Assembly (NCBI GenBank): GCA_965644295.1
Contig: CBFFRP010000372.1
Coordinates: forward strand, 1 to 64,000
Length of the DNA: 64,000 nucleotides
Reading direction: 5' to 3'
Source: Paraphysomonas bandaiensis
Taxonomy: Eukaryota; Protista; Chrysophyceae
A program made the position numbers and the translations under genes. Numbering within the stretch: the first letter of the stretch is position 1; the number at the start of each line of letters is the position of its first letter. Below the pieces are notes generated by a model. That model saw only the letters and a list, made by a program, of their open reading frames with translations. It did no database searches and had not been told where the DNA came from. This document shows, piece by piece, positions 51,801 through 64,000 of this stretch.

Positions 51801-52707
51801 TAGAAATGACGGAACCTGATTACCGTAGCCGGCTATGTACATATCAAAATGACGAAACTACAACTAACGTGGGCAACTTACTTGTGGTCATCGTAACGAC
51901 AGAAAAGAAGCAAGCATCAAAGAGATTCTCCCAGGCACATGTATCAAAATTGTAACAGGGTTCCATGAAATATACAACAACCCCGAAGAAAATGTTGAAT
52001 ACAAGGAAGAAGAAAAGGGGCAACACCAGGTGCACCATGGATCGACTCAGAGCTATTCGGATAGCACGTAGAGGAAGAATATCCTTTGATGCACGCAAAA
52101 TCTTTCCGGAAGACAGTAGATCGAGACACCGCAACAGTAATCGCGGAAACTGACTAAGGTCTTTCTCCGCAGGATACAGGTACACAGCACGAATCACAAA
52201 GGGTATCGTGCTACACACATCAAATACAAAAAGAACACACTTGAACACATCATTAGCGTAGTCATCGGCGATATCATCATTCGTCAGGAAGACACCTATC
52301 GTCATGATAATACGACAGAGGGCGTCAAAGCACATGGGCACCCAGAATATAATCTGAATTCTGATATAGGTCTGGAACACAAACACATCAATGCGAGGAA
52401 TACACAAACATTAAATAAATCATACATTTTCATCTGGAAGGCCTTTATAAGTTGACATATCTTCTCTATCATGATAATGGTTTCTCCCATCCACAGTCTC
52501 TAACACCAAAAAAATAGCATTCAAAATGACACAACACGACATCAATAAACTCCATCTAAACGCCCACGCCGAAGAGTTCGGCTCTGTGAGAAATATGAAC
52601 GCTTGCTCAGATAGCTCTGATACATCTCTCTCGATATCCGAGGTGGTACTGGCTATACCAGAGGGCTTGGTCACACCACTAGTACTATTCACCATATTGC
52701 TGTACAT
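48862..52707 (-). CDS. Voltage-gated K+ channel-like protein with two tandem 6TM repeats; multi-exon
   Basis: Repeat 1 IFLTEPNSS..FFSVVTMTT|TGYGN; repeat 2 MILEFPHSS..WFSIVTLTSVGYGE. The 702-aa exon joins S6 of repeat 1 to S1-S4 of repeat 2. Start uncertain. Confidence 0.88.
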
Positions 52708-53423
52708 ATAGGGATTAATAGAGACGAACAGTAGGTGAGAATACAAACATAAGAGTCAGTTATATTACTGGAAATATCATATGGGTGATGCTGATGGAGA
52801 TTATGACTAATTTCTAATTCAGTAATTGGGGGTTAGGGTTAGGTGGGATGGTTATACTTTACACTGAATTCATCCTCTCATGATACGATACTGTCAATTT
52901 TACCTCAAATCTAACATCAGGAAAAATGGGATCGTAATTTCGTATGGAGCTCCTCACAAAATACGGTACTATAACTGATAAAAATTCCAGTAATGTTCTA
53001 CAGAGATATACAGTACATGTATACAGTGCACTCGTGTTATGGTGGACGACATATGGTCGCTTGGTACAGTGATTTTTGCATTAAATCCCCGATTTAAATA
53101 TAAACCTAAAGTTTTTAATAAAAAAAACTATCTCTAGATATGGGTGTGAGCGAGGTGTACGATGCTGCTGTATTCGGTATTGTTGTGTATAAAAACACTC
53201 GTATAAAGCCAAAGTGCAGTGCACAGAGCGCGACAAAAGTTACGCGCCAAAAGATATTCAGCTGATACCACTTCCTCTAACCAATACATAGATTACGCAC
53301 AACTTGACGCCCATCAACTTTCAGAAAGCACTCAATGAGCGATAAAAGACTCTATTAGATCCCGTTACTTTGACGTAATCCAACAAATCACAGTATTAAT
53401 AATAACGTCATTGAGTGATTGCT

Positions 53424-54999
53424 ATGGACAGAGAGAGAAAGAATATGTACGAGTTCTTGCCGGTACGCATACCCGAACCTGCCAACCCTTTAATGGAATT
53501 TACTGTAGGGGCGATTGTATTATACCCCATTGGCCTCGAAGCCGTCCAAATCCCCCGACAAGCATTATTTTTCAATTGATACTGAGCTGGTTTGTTGCAT
53601 TAAATTAATTCAGGAGCGCATCATGTTCTATTTCGCGTAGGTGTATTGGAATTTCTTTTTGGACTTTGGACCCTTGAATTTAGGGCATCTCTATCGGTTT
53701 TGTATTATGCTGAACAGCAAATTATCAGACCCCAAACTGCAAAATAAGGTCATCATATATTACTCCGGCTCACACGCTCACAAGAGGGCGAATGCTGCAT
53801 TTTTAATATCCGCATGGACAATTCTGTATATGAACAAGACTCCGGAGGAGGCTTACGCCCCTTTCCGTGGAATGTATCCCCCATTTCCCCCTTGGCACGA
53901 TGCCACCCCCACAGCATGCTACTTTAACTTGACAGTTCTAGACACGTTACGAGGTCTAGCGCAGGCACATCGCCTCAAGTACTTTGATCTTGATACATTT
54001 GACTTGGCTGAGTATGAACACTTCGAGCAAGTAGAGAATGGAGATCTCAATTGGTGCATGAACGGGAAGTTTATTGCTTTCGCTGGACCTCATGCATCGA
54101 AAGAAGCGATGGAGGGTTACTTCGCTCTGGCTCCAGAGGATTACATCCCTTATTTCAAAAAGAAAAATGTGACACTTGTTATACGTTTCAATAAAAAATA
54201 CTACGATGCGCGTAGATTTACTAATGCAGGTAAAATATCTCTACTTGATATTTTGCGAAATGCAACGACTTATGTGAGATGGATTTGGCAGGCATCGACC
54301 ACGCGGAACTTTACTTCTTGGATGGAACAAACCCTCCTGATCACATCTTAAGCAGGTTCCTACAACTATGTGAGGAGACTCCAGGTGTCTCATTTGCCTT
54401 GTGTCTTTAATGCGTCTACTTTTGATTCTTGTGCGACAGGCGCGGTGGCTGTGCATTGCAAGGCGGGCCTCGGTAGGACTGGGACCTGTATCGGATGCTA
54501 CATGATGAAACATCACAGACTCACCGCAGAGGAGGCCATTGGGTGGCTACGTATTGTCCGCCCTGGATCCGTGATCGGGCCACAACAGCAGTATATGAAA
54601 GATATGCAGGCGCGCATGTGGCGTGAAGGGGACCTGATGCGGCAAAAACTGCAGGAGGGAGGGGAGATGGATGACATCGGCGGGGGCATGGCAGGACTCA
54701 GTGTGAGTAGTACTGGCCGAGTTGTAAGGCAGTCCCCCGCGTCTGCCATAGGTGTACCTACCTCCGGCCAGAAGCCTCAGCTCAACCGTCGAAGTGCTGC
54801 AGACACAACTGTATCTTCTCCTGCGGAAGAGAACGGTGAGGTGACACAGGGGGACTTTTTGAGACAGCGACGAATGAATGCTCATCACCAGCCACTCGCG
54901 GATAGCAAGACGTCGAATGGGACATCTACATCCCGCTCCGCGAAATCTTCCAGTAAGTCTTCAACCCGCACACATATTGGTAGAATGCTCGGGAAGTAA
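53424..54999 (+). CDS. CDC14: Dual-specificity phosphatase Cdc14; multi-exon
   Basis: [48 protein letters not shown]. Confidence 0.96.
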
Positions 55000-55396
55000 A
55001 CTTGAACACGCACGTGTTTATAATCGGCTCACCTAGTCTGGCATTTCATGTGCAGATTGAGCACTGTGTGGTGTGCTATATCAGTGTGCTATACGCGGTT
55101 GCAAACTAGTATATGTATCATATTGTGCTGAAGATGTAGGTCTAGTGGGGTGCTCGTTATGTTTGTGAAGTTGTGTTAGGCGTATGTACTTACGTACTTA
55201 TGTGCTAGTCGATCCCATAACAATTAAGTGCCCATAAGAAATAATTGCTGTTACTGATAAATTTATGCATATATTTTACACAGTCGATTTAGTCTATTTT
55301 CACTGTAATTGATATCCGGACTGCACGTTCAGTACCATGAATGATATCGTGGTTCCAAGATAATATCTCGTGGTTAAATATAACTTTAAAAGCACA

Positions 55397-55470
55397 AGTG
55401 GTTGCACCTTGATGCTTGTGGTGACGCACAAGCAGCTTTCGTAGCGTTGGATATCAGAGTTAAACACCAG
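55397..55470 (+). repeat. Short S tail copy
   Basis: AGTGGTTGCACCTTGATGCTTGTGGTGACGCACAAGCAGCTTTCGTAGCGTT. Confidence 0.8.
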
Positions 55471-56472
55471 TAAGTTAGTGTTGACTCTTAAATTTAATGA
55501 CTAGATTTTCAACCCCCGACTAGATGTTTATACTATTTTGTGGTGTGACTAGGAAATTACATCAAATTGACTTGGTCCAATAATAGATCCCAAGTTATAA
55601 CCATCTTGACGTCTGAGTTTGTACCTCTACTTTTTGCCAATAGTTGTACTAAAGATATACGCATATAGCTACTTTACTATAAATAGATAGTACTACAGAA
55701 GATAGCCTCGACTACACTGATATACTATTACTATTAATATCTACATGTCAACACACAGGTGACATATTCTCATACACAAGGTCATAAGAGTACACATATT
55801 CGAACACTGACGCTTATACGTAGCATTGTAGAAATCCATAACGTACACGTAGGGGTGGCGCACACACAAATGTGCATATAAAGTACATATACAGGGATAC
55901 ATGAAATATATACATTGGCAATAACTGCATTGTAGATGTAACAAGACCCAGTAAACCTGACATATTAGGTGTCACACATATAGAACACAAGAGAACACTC
56001 GCTTGCTGCGACCCTACAGCACTCCAATATGGGATGCCTGCAACAATCAACCTACTTAAGAACAATGCAACATTAATCATTGTACAGCGCCCAAAGAAGC
56101 CCAGAGAGTGCAAGATCTCTATCTACAAATCAATGCTACTTATCTTCCTCTTGATAGGTCGGTCCCTGTACTGATAAGCTGACTCAGCTGATGACAAGGA
56201 AACATACCAACATAATTTTTACCGACGGCAGCGGTGCACTTAAATCTGATCAAAGTGCTCGATATGGTTTACCAATGCCCTCAATCCATCGCCATGGCAT
56301 ATTACCCCGCATAGAACCCAAGCCACAGGGATGGTATGTGACCCCCTCACTCTTCCTCCTCTCCAAACACTAGTAAGTCAAATATACAGCCAGTGTCAGC
56401 AGTGGTTAATGTCATTCTGTGCTCTATATCTCAGTCAATATACACTGTAATACAGAATACGAATACATTGCT

Positions 56473-58452
56473 ATGGCTACAAAAAACGACGACTGCTGCG
56501 ACCTACGAAGTAGATTTGATGAAGAATACTTTCAACACAAAAGTGAAAAACCCAGATTTCTAGATTTAATTGAGGAGGGAGTTTTACACAGCCAACTTTA
56601 CCTTCACGCATAGAGCAGAGATAAAATAAGTAGAAATATATATGCACATATAGAGGGTCTTATGAGTACATGCGTTCTCATTTTCCCACATCTGTAGACT
56701 TTTGCTGTATAGCACAGTACAGCACGGTGTATAGAACTGTAGTCTTGGCATGACGGACAGATGAAGGTACTTCGCGGACACAAAGGAGACGTATACGCTG
56801 TGGTGCTCCTGGAGGATATAGTCGTGTCCTCCGGCTATGACAAGACGATTAAAGTGTGGAATTCAACCTCTGGACAGCTTCTTCGCACGTTAAATGGGCA
56901 CACGGATATAGTTCGGTCCCTTGCTGTGTACAGCTCCGAGAGGGATCCCTATGTTATAAGCGGGAGCTGGGACAACACTATTCGCCTTTGGGATGTACAT
57001 ACTGGCAAATTATTGCGCACATTGACAGGACACACTAATCGAGTGAAAGTCGTAACATCTTATGGCGGCGCGGAAGTGTACATCTTGTCTGGGAGTGACG
57101 ACTGCACGATGCGCTTATGGAGCGCGCAGGATGAATGTGAGCTCAAGAGGTTTTCTGGACACTCTCAACCAGTGCTCTGCGTGGCGGTGTCGAATGGAGT
57201 AGCCAAGTATGCCGCCAGCGGCAGCGCTGATAGCTCTGTGAGGGTATGGGATCTCGGAGACAATTGCCCAAAGCGCACGAAGGTTCTCAATGCACATTGT
57301 GCGCCCGTGACTGGTGTTGTATTTTCAAGCATAGACGAACAAACTCTTGAACTTTTCTCGGCTGGGGAAGATCGTGTAATAATGGTATGGGACTATGATA
57401 GGGGGTATACTATCCGTCGCCTTAATGGACATGGCGGTCCAGTGACCGCCATTGATGTGCTACAGTGGGGCACGACTGAGTTTTTGGTCTCTTGCTCCCA
57501 GGATGGGACAGTCAGGTTGTGGGACTCCCGTGCCAATAAGGAAGTACGAAAGGAAGATTTGGGTGGGGATGGTGGGTTGCTCTTCGCGGTTACACACAGT
57601 GAGAGCGAACAAGGAACTCGATTGGCAGTAGCGGGATCGGACGGATTCTTGCGTATATTTCCTCGTCTCGAAGATATATTCCTAATGGTTGATGTAGCCG
57701 GAATTGGGCTAAAGGTTGACTTTCAGAGTGGGGCGAGTGTTGCTTCAACTCGTGGTGGATCTCGAGTACTATTTCGTCAGCAGCAACAACAACGCGGACA
57801 CCCACTCACCGCAGAGGGTGGTAACCTCCCTAAACTTACGAAACACCGGCGATGGAATGGTCGGGACCCCATCAAAAAGCGCAAGGATGAAGAAGCATAC
57901 TCCGGTGGTAAAGAAATAAGTTCTGAGAGTAATCCTGCCCTCAAAATTGTCAAACCACCTGTGCACTCCAACACTTCCTCGCCAAACAATAGTCCAACCA
58001 AGGACCAAATGAAGAAAGGCGGTACTAGACTCGGTCAATCACTTTCATCGCCGACGATCTCTATGAACAAAGGCTCCACTAGTGCGGTGACTGATGGGCA
58101 GCCAAAAGGTACAATCGCGGTAACAATTCGCCCAAAAGTCGCTCATGAGGTCCAGTCCCCCATACCTGACCAGACCTCGGCTGCTAGTTCAGATGTTAGG
58201 TCTGTCCCCGAGCAACAAGATTTGCGGAGACAAAAGCTTCATACTGCTCCTAAGGGACGTAGGAGACACTTGCCGAAATTATGCCCCCAAAGGCGGAAGG
58301 ACTTTATACTGACAGTGAGTCAGTATAGTGAACCGAGGGTGAAATCTGGAAACGGTATATTACAGGTCCATGCATACCCTCCGTCCAGACAAGCAACTGG
58401 TTCAAGACAGCCTACCAGCCGAGCTGACTTAGGCTCGCTGCCCATAGGGTGA
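56473..58452 (+). CDS. WD40 beta-propeller protein with disordered C-terminal tail
   Basis: About seven GH..S.D..IRLWD repeats in 56761-57670; upstream short exons inferred from ATG at 56473. Confidence 0.88.
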
Positions 58453-60925
58453 AGATATAATTTACGCTGAATACCGAGTGTTATCGTCAATTTGTTTTGT
58501 GTGTATTTATATCCCAGATTGTATCCATGAACCATACGACAGATTAATGTAGGGATTGATTTGTATTTAGTGACGAATATACAGTTGTGGACAAATATGA
58601 GGATATATGTTGCAGTAATGTAATGTGGTGCTATATGTTAAAGTGCAACCTATAATGACGTACTTTGTTTGAAAAATCTATTCAGACGTGCTCTACTACC
58701 CGCGGTTAACATGCACCGAGTGTGTTTGAATACGTTCTACAGTAACAGCGGCACAGCGGTGTATAGTCAACATGAGAAATAGTTTTTTAACAATAATACT
58801 ATATACCTATGTATGTCAACTTCTGTCAAGATTAGAAGGTGAAATAAATAACGTAAAGACTTAACTTGATGTACACTCCATGCCTGAATAATAATTATAA
58901 TCATCATTTATTTCTCATCATTCATTTATAATTTATATATTCACTACTATTACAATACTCGCTCAAATACCAATAAACATTATAATATAGTAGAATAATA
59001 GAGTTTGTACTAGTTAGTTTCTGGTAGACGCCTATCTAGCTTGACTAGTTTCCACCTATAGCTACTAAACTGGTGTTGGTTCTTAACACCTATTTTGCTA
59101 ATAGATTTTCAACACTGAAATATGAAAGTCTGATATAATTCACACTATAGAAGAAAAAAATTGGTTGCTTTGAAAAGATTAGAAGAAGCTAATATGTATG
59201 TATAAGTGATTTAAATTTGGGCTTTTGAAGACACTACTGTGTGTAGTGCTGAATTATATATATTAGTAAAAGATAAATTTTATATTAGAAAGGTTGTGTT
59301 CTTGTAGGGTGTTTGCTGCAAAACATCAATCAGTAACATCAGTATTTAACAGTTATTTTTTTAACAGCTACTGTATATTCAGTTTCTTTGTATATTTTAT
59401 TCCTATTCCTGTTGTGGTAATTTTGTAGATTCTGTATTTCATTACTGCACGTACGCACTCGAAGTAGGTTGTAGTTAGTAATAAAAGAAGCGCAGAAATA
59501 CTGCTTCGTTCATTATAATATACCTATAGCAATAATTGTAATACTTTTGTATATTTTTTGTGATGTTGTGCTGATGGCAACAACGCAAATTCATAGAATG
59601 AAAATAATCCCTTACGCTGAATGTACGTTTATAAAATGCGCCGCATTTTGACAGTACGACCAAAACGTGTTGAGTCCGCCTTTACATCTGTCAAGCAATG
59701 TATATCACACTACGATTTTGTGCACCTTCTATTTTTATTCTTTAATTGCAATGATTTGTGTTTTGACCAATCCACCCACTTGTCTTCCATCTCGACTGCT
59801 TGTGTAGAATACGGTAACACACTGACCTATTAGTACCTACAATCCGCCAACAAACTACTATATGAACACACTTCTATCTTCTATGCCACTAGCAATTCCT
59901 ATTGTTGATTGGACTTAAAACTTTAAAATAAGTAACATAATAATATATCGAAATTATATAAAAATAGATAAGAGTTACGAATAACCTTAAAAATTATCGT
60001 TATTTGTGATATATATATAAAATAAAGCAAAGTAGTATACATTTTTTGTGGGTATTTTGCAGATTATATATATTTGAATTATAAGCTATAATAAAATGAA
60101 TATATTTAAAGTTGAATTGTTGTGTGGCCGCGTACGAAGCAATGTAATTTAAAGTTCCCACCACAGCAACACAACTCTCAGACACTGGCTCTTTTATTTT
60201 ATATATTCTGTAGCTTAATATGCAACTAATTATAGCGTGAAGTGATTACATAACCACGAATATTGTAACGTTGCTTTGACTCTTTATAAATAATAATACT
60301 AATTTAATCTATGTTGTCAAATTACCTAATTATAATAGCGGTCAATATGTGTTAATATTGATTGAATAGAATCAAGAGTAGTATGATTCTCTAATCTCTT
60401 GTTTATATTCAATAAGACGATCCCATCTTGAGGATCTTGTTACTTATGATCTACATTATGTCGTGCACACGGCTCACAGAGAGTAAAGCAAAAATAGAAG
60501 GATTATTAGTACCAATTTTTTCTGATTTGTTCATCCTCATACAAGAAAAAGAATCCAAGTATTGTTCTCGAAAGGATTGTACAAACCAAATTAAGTCTTT
60601 GGGTGTATTTCATAATCACGTATGGGTTACGTAGTATTTAGTGCCCCACATTAAATACACCTAATCCTAGCGATCTTGGTAGCACTTTTATTCGACACAA
60701 CATTTACTCTAGGATACGCCTCAAGAGTGGGGCAAAATGCAATTCTTCTATGGTCTCACAATATATGCATATATGTAGATTCGTAATGAACGAATACACT
60801 GAGTTTGTGTTAAAATAGCGAATAAAAGCAAGTGCTACGCCGTGTTAATTTAGATTAAATTCTCGTCTGTCGAGTTGGAAACAATCTGAGGTTGCTATTC
60901 GTGTTCAAATACACTAATAAAGTCA

Positions 60926-62204
60926 TTACTTATCTCTCAAGTGCGGTAACATTGCTGCAACAGCATTTACGAACGCGGCTCCAAAGTTCATAGCCCTCTC
61001 TGGACACCAGCCCTGCACCGGGTGTGGGTGGTCCGCAGTGTCTTTGAATGGCATCTCGATAGTGAACGACAGGCAGTCAAACGTTTCAGCTATGTATTTG
61101 GAACCAACAGATAAGTTGGCGCCATTGGGTGAATTAATAGGATACTTCACTGTATTCTGCATGTCCGGTGTCGCTTGCATGAGTGCAACTAAAAATCCAT
61201 CTTGGAGACGCTTCAGTCGGGGACCATTCTGCCATTTAGGGACACCCTCCGACCCTGACAAAAAGTTGTGCGGCAGCGTCTCGTCGCCATGTATGTCCAT
61301 CATCATATCGCACCCTGTCGCCCGTATCTCCCGCAACACTGCGATGGTAATCACACAAAACCAAAGGAAAATACTGTGGTAACCTACCGTGGAATACTTC
61401 CGGTGATCTTTCGAGCGAAGGGGCTTGGTAATTATCGGTATCCCGCCATTCACGATTTAGATTATACCCCAAGGCATTCGTGCGTAAGTGACCTCTGAAG
61501 CAGCCGTCGGGATTCATGCATGGAACTACATGCACAGTGGCATCCTGCAGTATCTTCGTTGAGAGGCCATCAGCTGGATCTAGCAACCTGGAGATAAACC
61601 CCTCCATCCACCAGCTACCTTGTGTCTCCCCGGGATGTTGACGAGCTGTGGCCCATACATGCAATGGGCCTGTACCGAATTCTACTAAATCCAAGCTACG
61701 ACCATCCAAAGTACTCCCGATTGTACGCACCTGCGCGCGAGGGGACATGGAGCACCGCGTCAGCAAATTTAGCACACTCTCCTGGCTGTAAGGGGCAAAA
61801 TATGCAAAATACACTTGATCGTTTGAAGTTCTCAATGACCACTTTAATTTACCACCGGAATAGCTGGTTCCCACTCGGAACCAATACTTTCGGTCATACG
61901 AAGCGCATACGTTATAGTCGACCCAAGCATCAGGATAGGAACATTCTCCAGCATTAGTAATAGTATAGACACAGTCAATGTCCTTGCATCCTGACGACCT
62001 GAAGTAAAACCATTGCTACAAGCCATCAAATGAGGGAATATCGACATCTGGCGGGTTGATCACCTTGAACGCAGTGCCTTCTCTAGAAGTGAAGGGGTCG
62101 TCTCTGATAAGAAGATCTACACTATCTCCTGATACGCCTGATACCTCGATGTTACCGCCATCGAAAGCAGATGATATGGTTATTTGAGTGGGTCTTGAGG
62201 TCAT
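60926..62204 (-). CDS. M14 cytosolic carboxypeptidase (CCP/Nna1-like, short bacterial-type); multi-exon
   Basis: ISSAFDGGNI, YFAYFAPYS, ARQHPGETQGSW, NPDG..GHLRTNALGYNLNREW, DIHGDE, FTIEMPFKD. Confidence 0.9.
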
Positions 62205-62885
62205 GCCTGTATAAGAATGAAGAATTATATCCAGGGTGGTGATGACTGCACTGTGTTCCTCTTCGGTGCAATACATACTACGACGTCGTACACATCGGAA
62301 TACACAACACACCTCTATTCCTTCGTACCTGCAACAGTACACAAACATATACAGCAGTACTGTATATCTAGTTATAATACAGCAATGTCGGATATCTGGG
62401 GGTAGAAAATCGCCCTTTTCTTGTTGTTTGTGAATACGGTATACAGCTAAAAGCCTTGGATTTTTGCCTGGTCGTCTTTTCCCACCTACAGATATGCGCA
62501 ATACATACAGATATGACATCGTAGTTTTTGTGTATTCCTAGGGGGTCGTTATAGGTATTGTATGTATCTATCTACAGTATTTTAGCCTTTCCATACCCTC
62601 GGATCAGCCCAGCAGCTAAAAAAATGGTAAAGGTAAGAAGTGGACACTGACATCGCAATCAAAACATCAGATTTCATCTAATCATTTTTTATTGATTGGT
62701 TGTAAAATAGAGATTTCATGTCTTGTTTTTTTTTAAAATTTGGGGTACGGGGTGCAGTGTGGGTGGGTCCGATTGGTGTCCAATAAAAACAATAAACAGC
62801 TAGTTGGTTTCCACCTCACTTATCCAGACACATTAGCTTGATTAGTTATATAAGTGAGCATTGTTTTCATCGAGCAATAAGTGGG

Positions 62886-64000
62886 ATGTCTCTTCTGGAC
62901 GGAATGCTTGATGCTGTAAGTTCATATCGTGATTGTGATATGTGTTATGACTCGTATATGAATTGCAGCTGTTAAAATCATGCTTTACTGGGGATGACAC
63001 AAAGTCTGCTGCGGATGAACCTACAAAGAATAGACAATCGAAGAACGTCAATACATTCTTTGAGATTGATAAAACAGAATCGGAAAGCTCAACGTCGCAG
63101 TCGAGTGCCAGTAGTTACAAAGCCAATTCGAATGGCATATCTCACAGAGGCACCACGTATGCGATATCTGTTGCGGACTTTGAGGTCCATAACACCTTGA
63201 TAACTGGGAGATTTGGTTGCACATTGTTGGCTGCACATTCTTCAACAGGAAAGACAGTCGCGCTGAACACTTATCATAAAGCCATTCTTAGTGAAACTTG
63301 TCAACAGCACGCTCCATGTCGCGAAAAACAGTTGTTAGAGAGCTTGGACCACCCTTTTATAACAAAAGTTTTGGGATCATTTTCTGATCGGAATAACCTA
63401 TTTCTTATTACCGATGTAGAGCCTGGGGCCAGCCTCACTTATTTGCTTTGCAATTCCACCAAGTATGGAATCAGTAACTCCCACAAGGTGTTTTATGCTG
63501 CTTGCGTCCTTTCTGCGCTGAAATACGCACATGAGAAGAGTGTGGTTCATCGTGGACTTCATCCGGACTTTTTACTTATTGACAGCCGGGGTTATCTCAA
63601 AGTGACAGACTGGGGGTTCGCTAAGACTGTTACCGACCGTACGTTTACGTTATGTGGGCATGTCGAATACCTATGTCCCGAGGCCATATCCCAGGATTCG
63701 GGATACGGCAAAGGAGCAGACTACTGGGCACTGGGTGTGCTTATTTTTGAAATGCTTGTTGGGCGGTCTGCATTCGTCCCTTACATCGAAGGTGTAGAAG
63801 ACAGTAGCACACAACAGTCATATGATGCAACCACCATAGAAAACATAGTATCCCGGGATATTGTCTTCCCGAATGACATGTCCCAACCATCGAAGAGCAT
63901 AATACAGGGTCTCTGCCAGAAGAATCCCACACAACGGCTTGGATGTGTTCGCGGTGGGCGAGGAGCGGAGGACATTCAGAACCATGTGTGGTTCAGTCAG
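62886..64000 (+). CDS. PKA/PKG-like AGC pseudokinase (runs off window end)
   Basis: Exon 62886-62915, intron 62916-62968, then an open frame: ITGRFG, VALN, DHPFI, HRGLHPDF, TDWGFAK..RTFTLCG..EYLCPE, GYGKGADYWALGVLIFEML, RLG..HVWF. Confidence 0.88.

Noticed and set aside
52826-52843. Telomeric TTAGGG repeats
   Set aside because: Only about two and a half units; too short to support.
56191-56373. IIFTDGSG as an RNase H gene
   Set aside because: Single motif in a 60-aa frame; at most a LINE relic.
58500-60900. AT-rich region with short ORFs
   Set aside because: No recognisable coding or RNA signal apart from a degraded S tail near 59000-59110.
1-64000. Most 60-150 aa ORFs in the track; rRNA/tRNA genes
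   Set aside because: The ORFs are antisense or off-frame shadows of real exons and transposons; no rRNA or tRNA gene was recognisable by eye.

Overview
Eukaryotic genomic DNA from a compact protist-like genome. Host genes have many very short (~45-60 nt) GT-AG introns; a stramenopile origin is plausible but is inference only. Roughly half of the window is nested transposons: three Ty3/Gypsy segments (1-12.2 kb), a TIR element with piggyBac-like coding remnants inside a Gypsy RNase H, a hAT MITE, a Sailor-type IS630/Tc1/mariner element (DD109E), a decayed Copia with non-canonical TATT...TATT LTR ends, and several 5'-truncated copies of an RNase H-bearing LINE. Host genes: RBM28/Nop4, CTF8, a myristoylated EF-hand protein, a YfeO-like CLC, FAD synthetase, a membrane-anchored papain-family protease, a tandem two-repeat GYG K+ channel, CDC14, a WD40 protein, a bacterial-type M14 cytosolic carboxypeptidase and a PKA/PKG-like pseudokinase. 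The most notable signal is a non-coding, non-autonomous retroelement family. Four copies share the 5' start CCCTCAACAAAG, the three that extend to their 3' end finish in the LINE's 3' terminus, and the first ~85 nt fit an HDV-like ribozyme fold. All alignments and coordinates were made by eye and exon boundaries are approximate.
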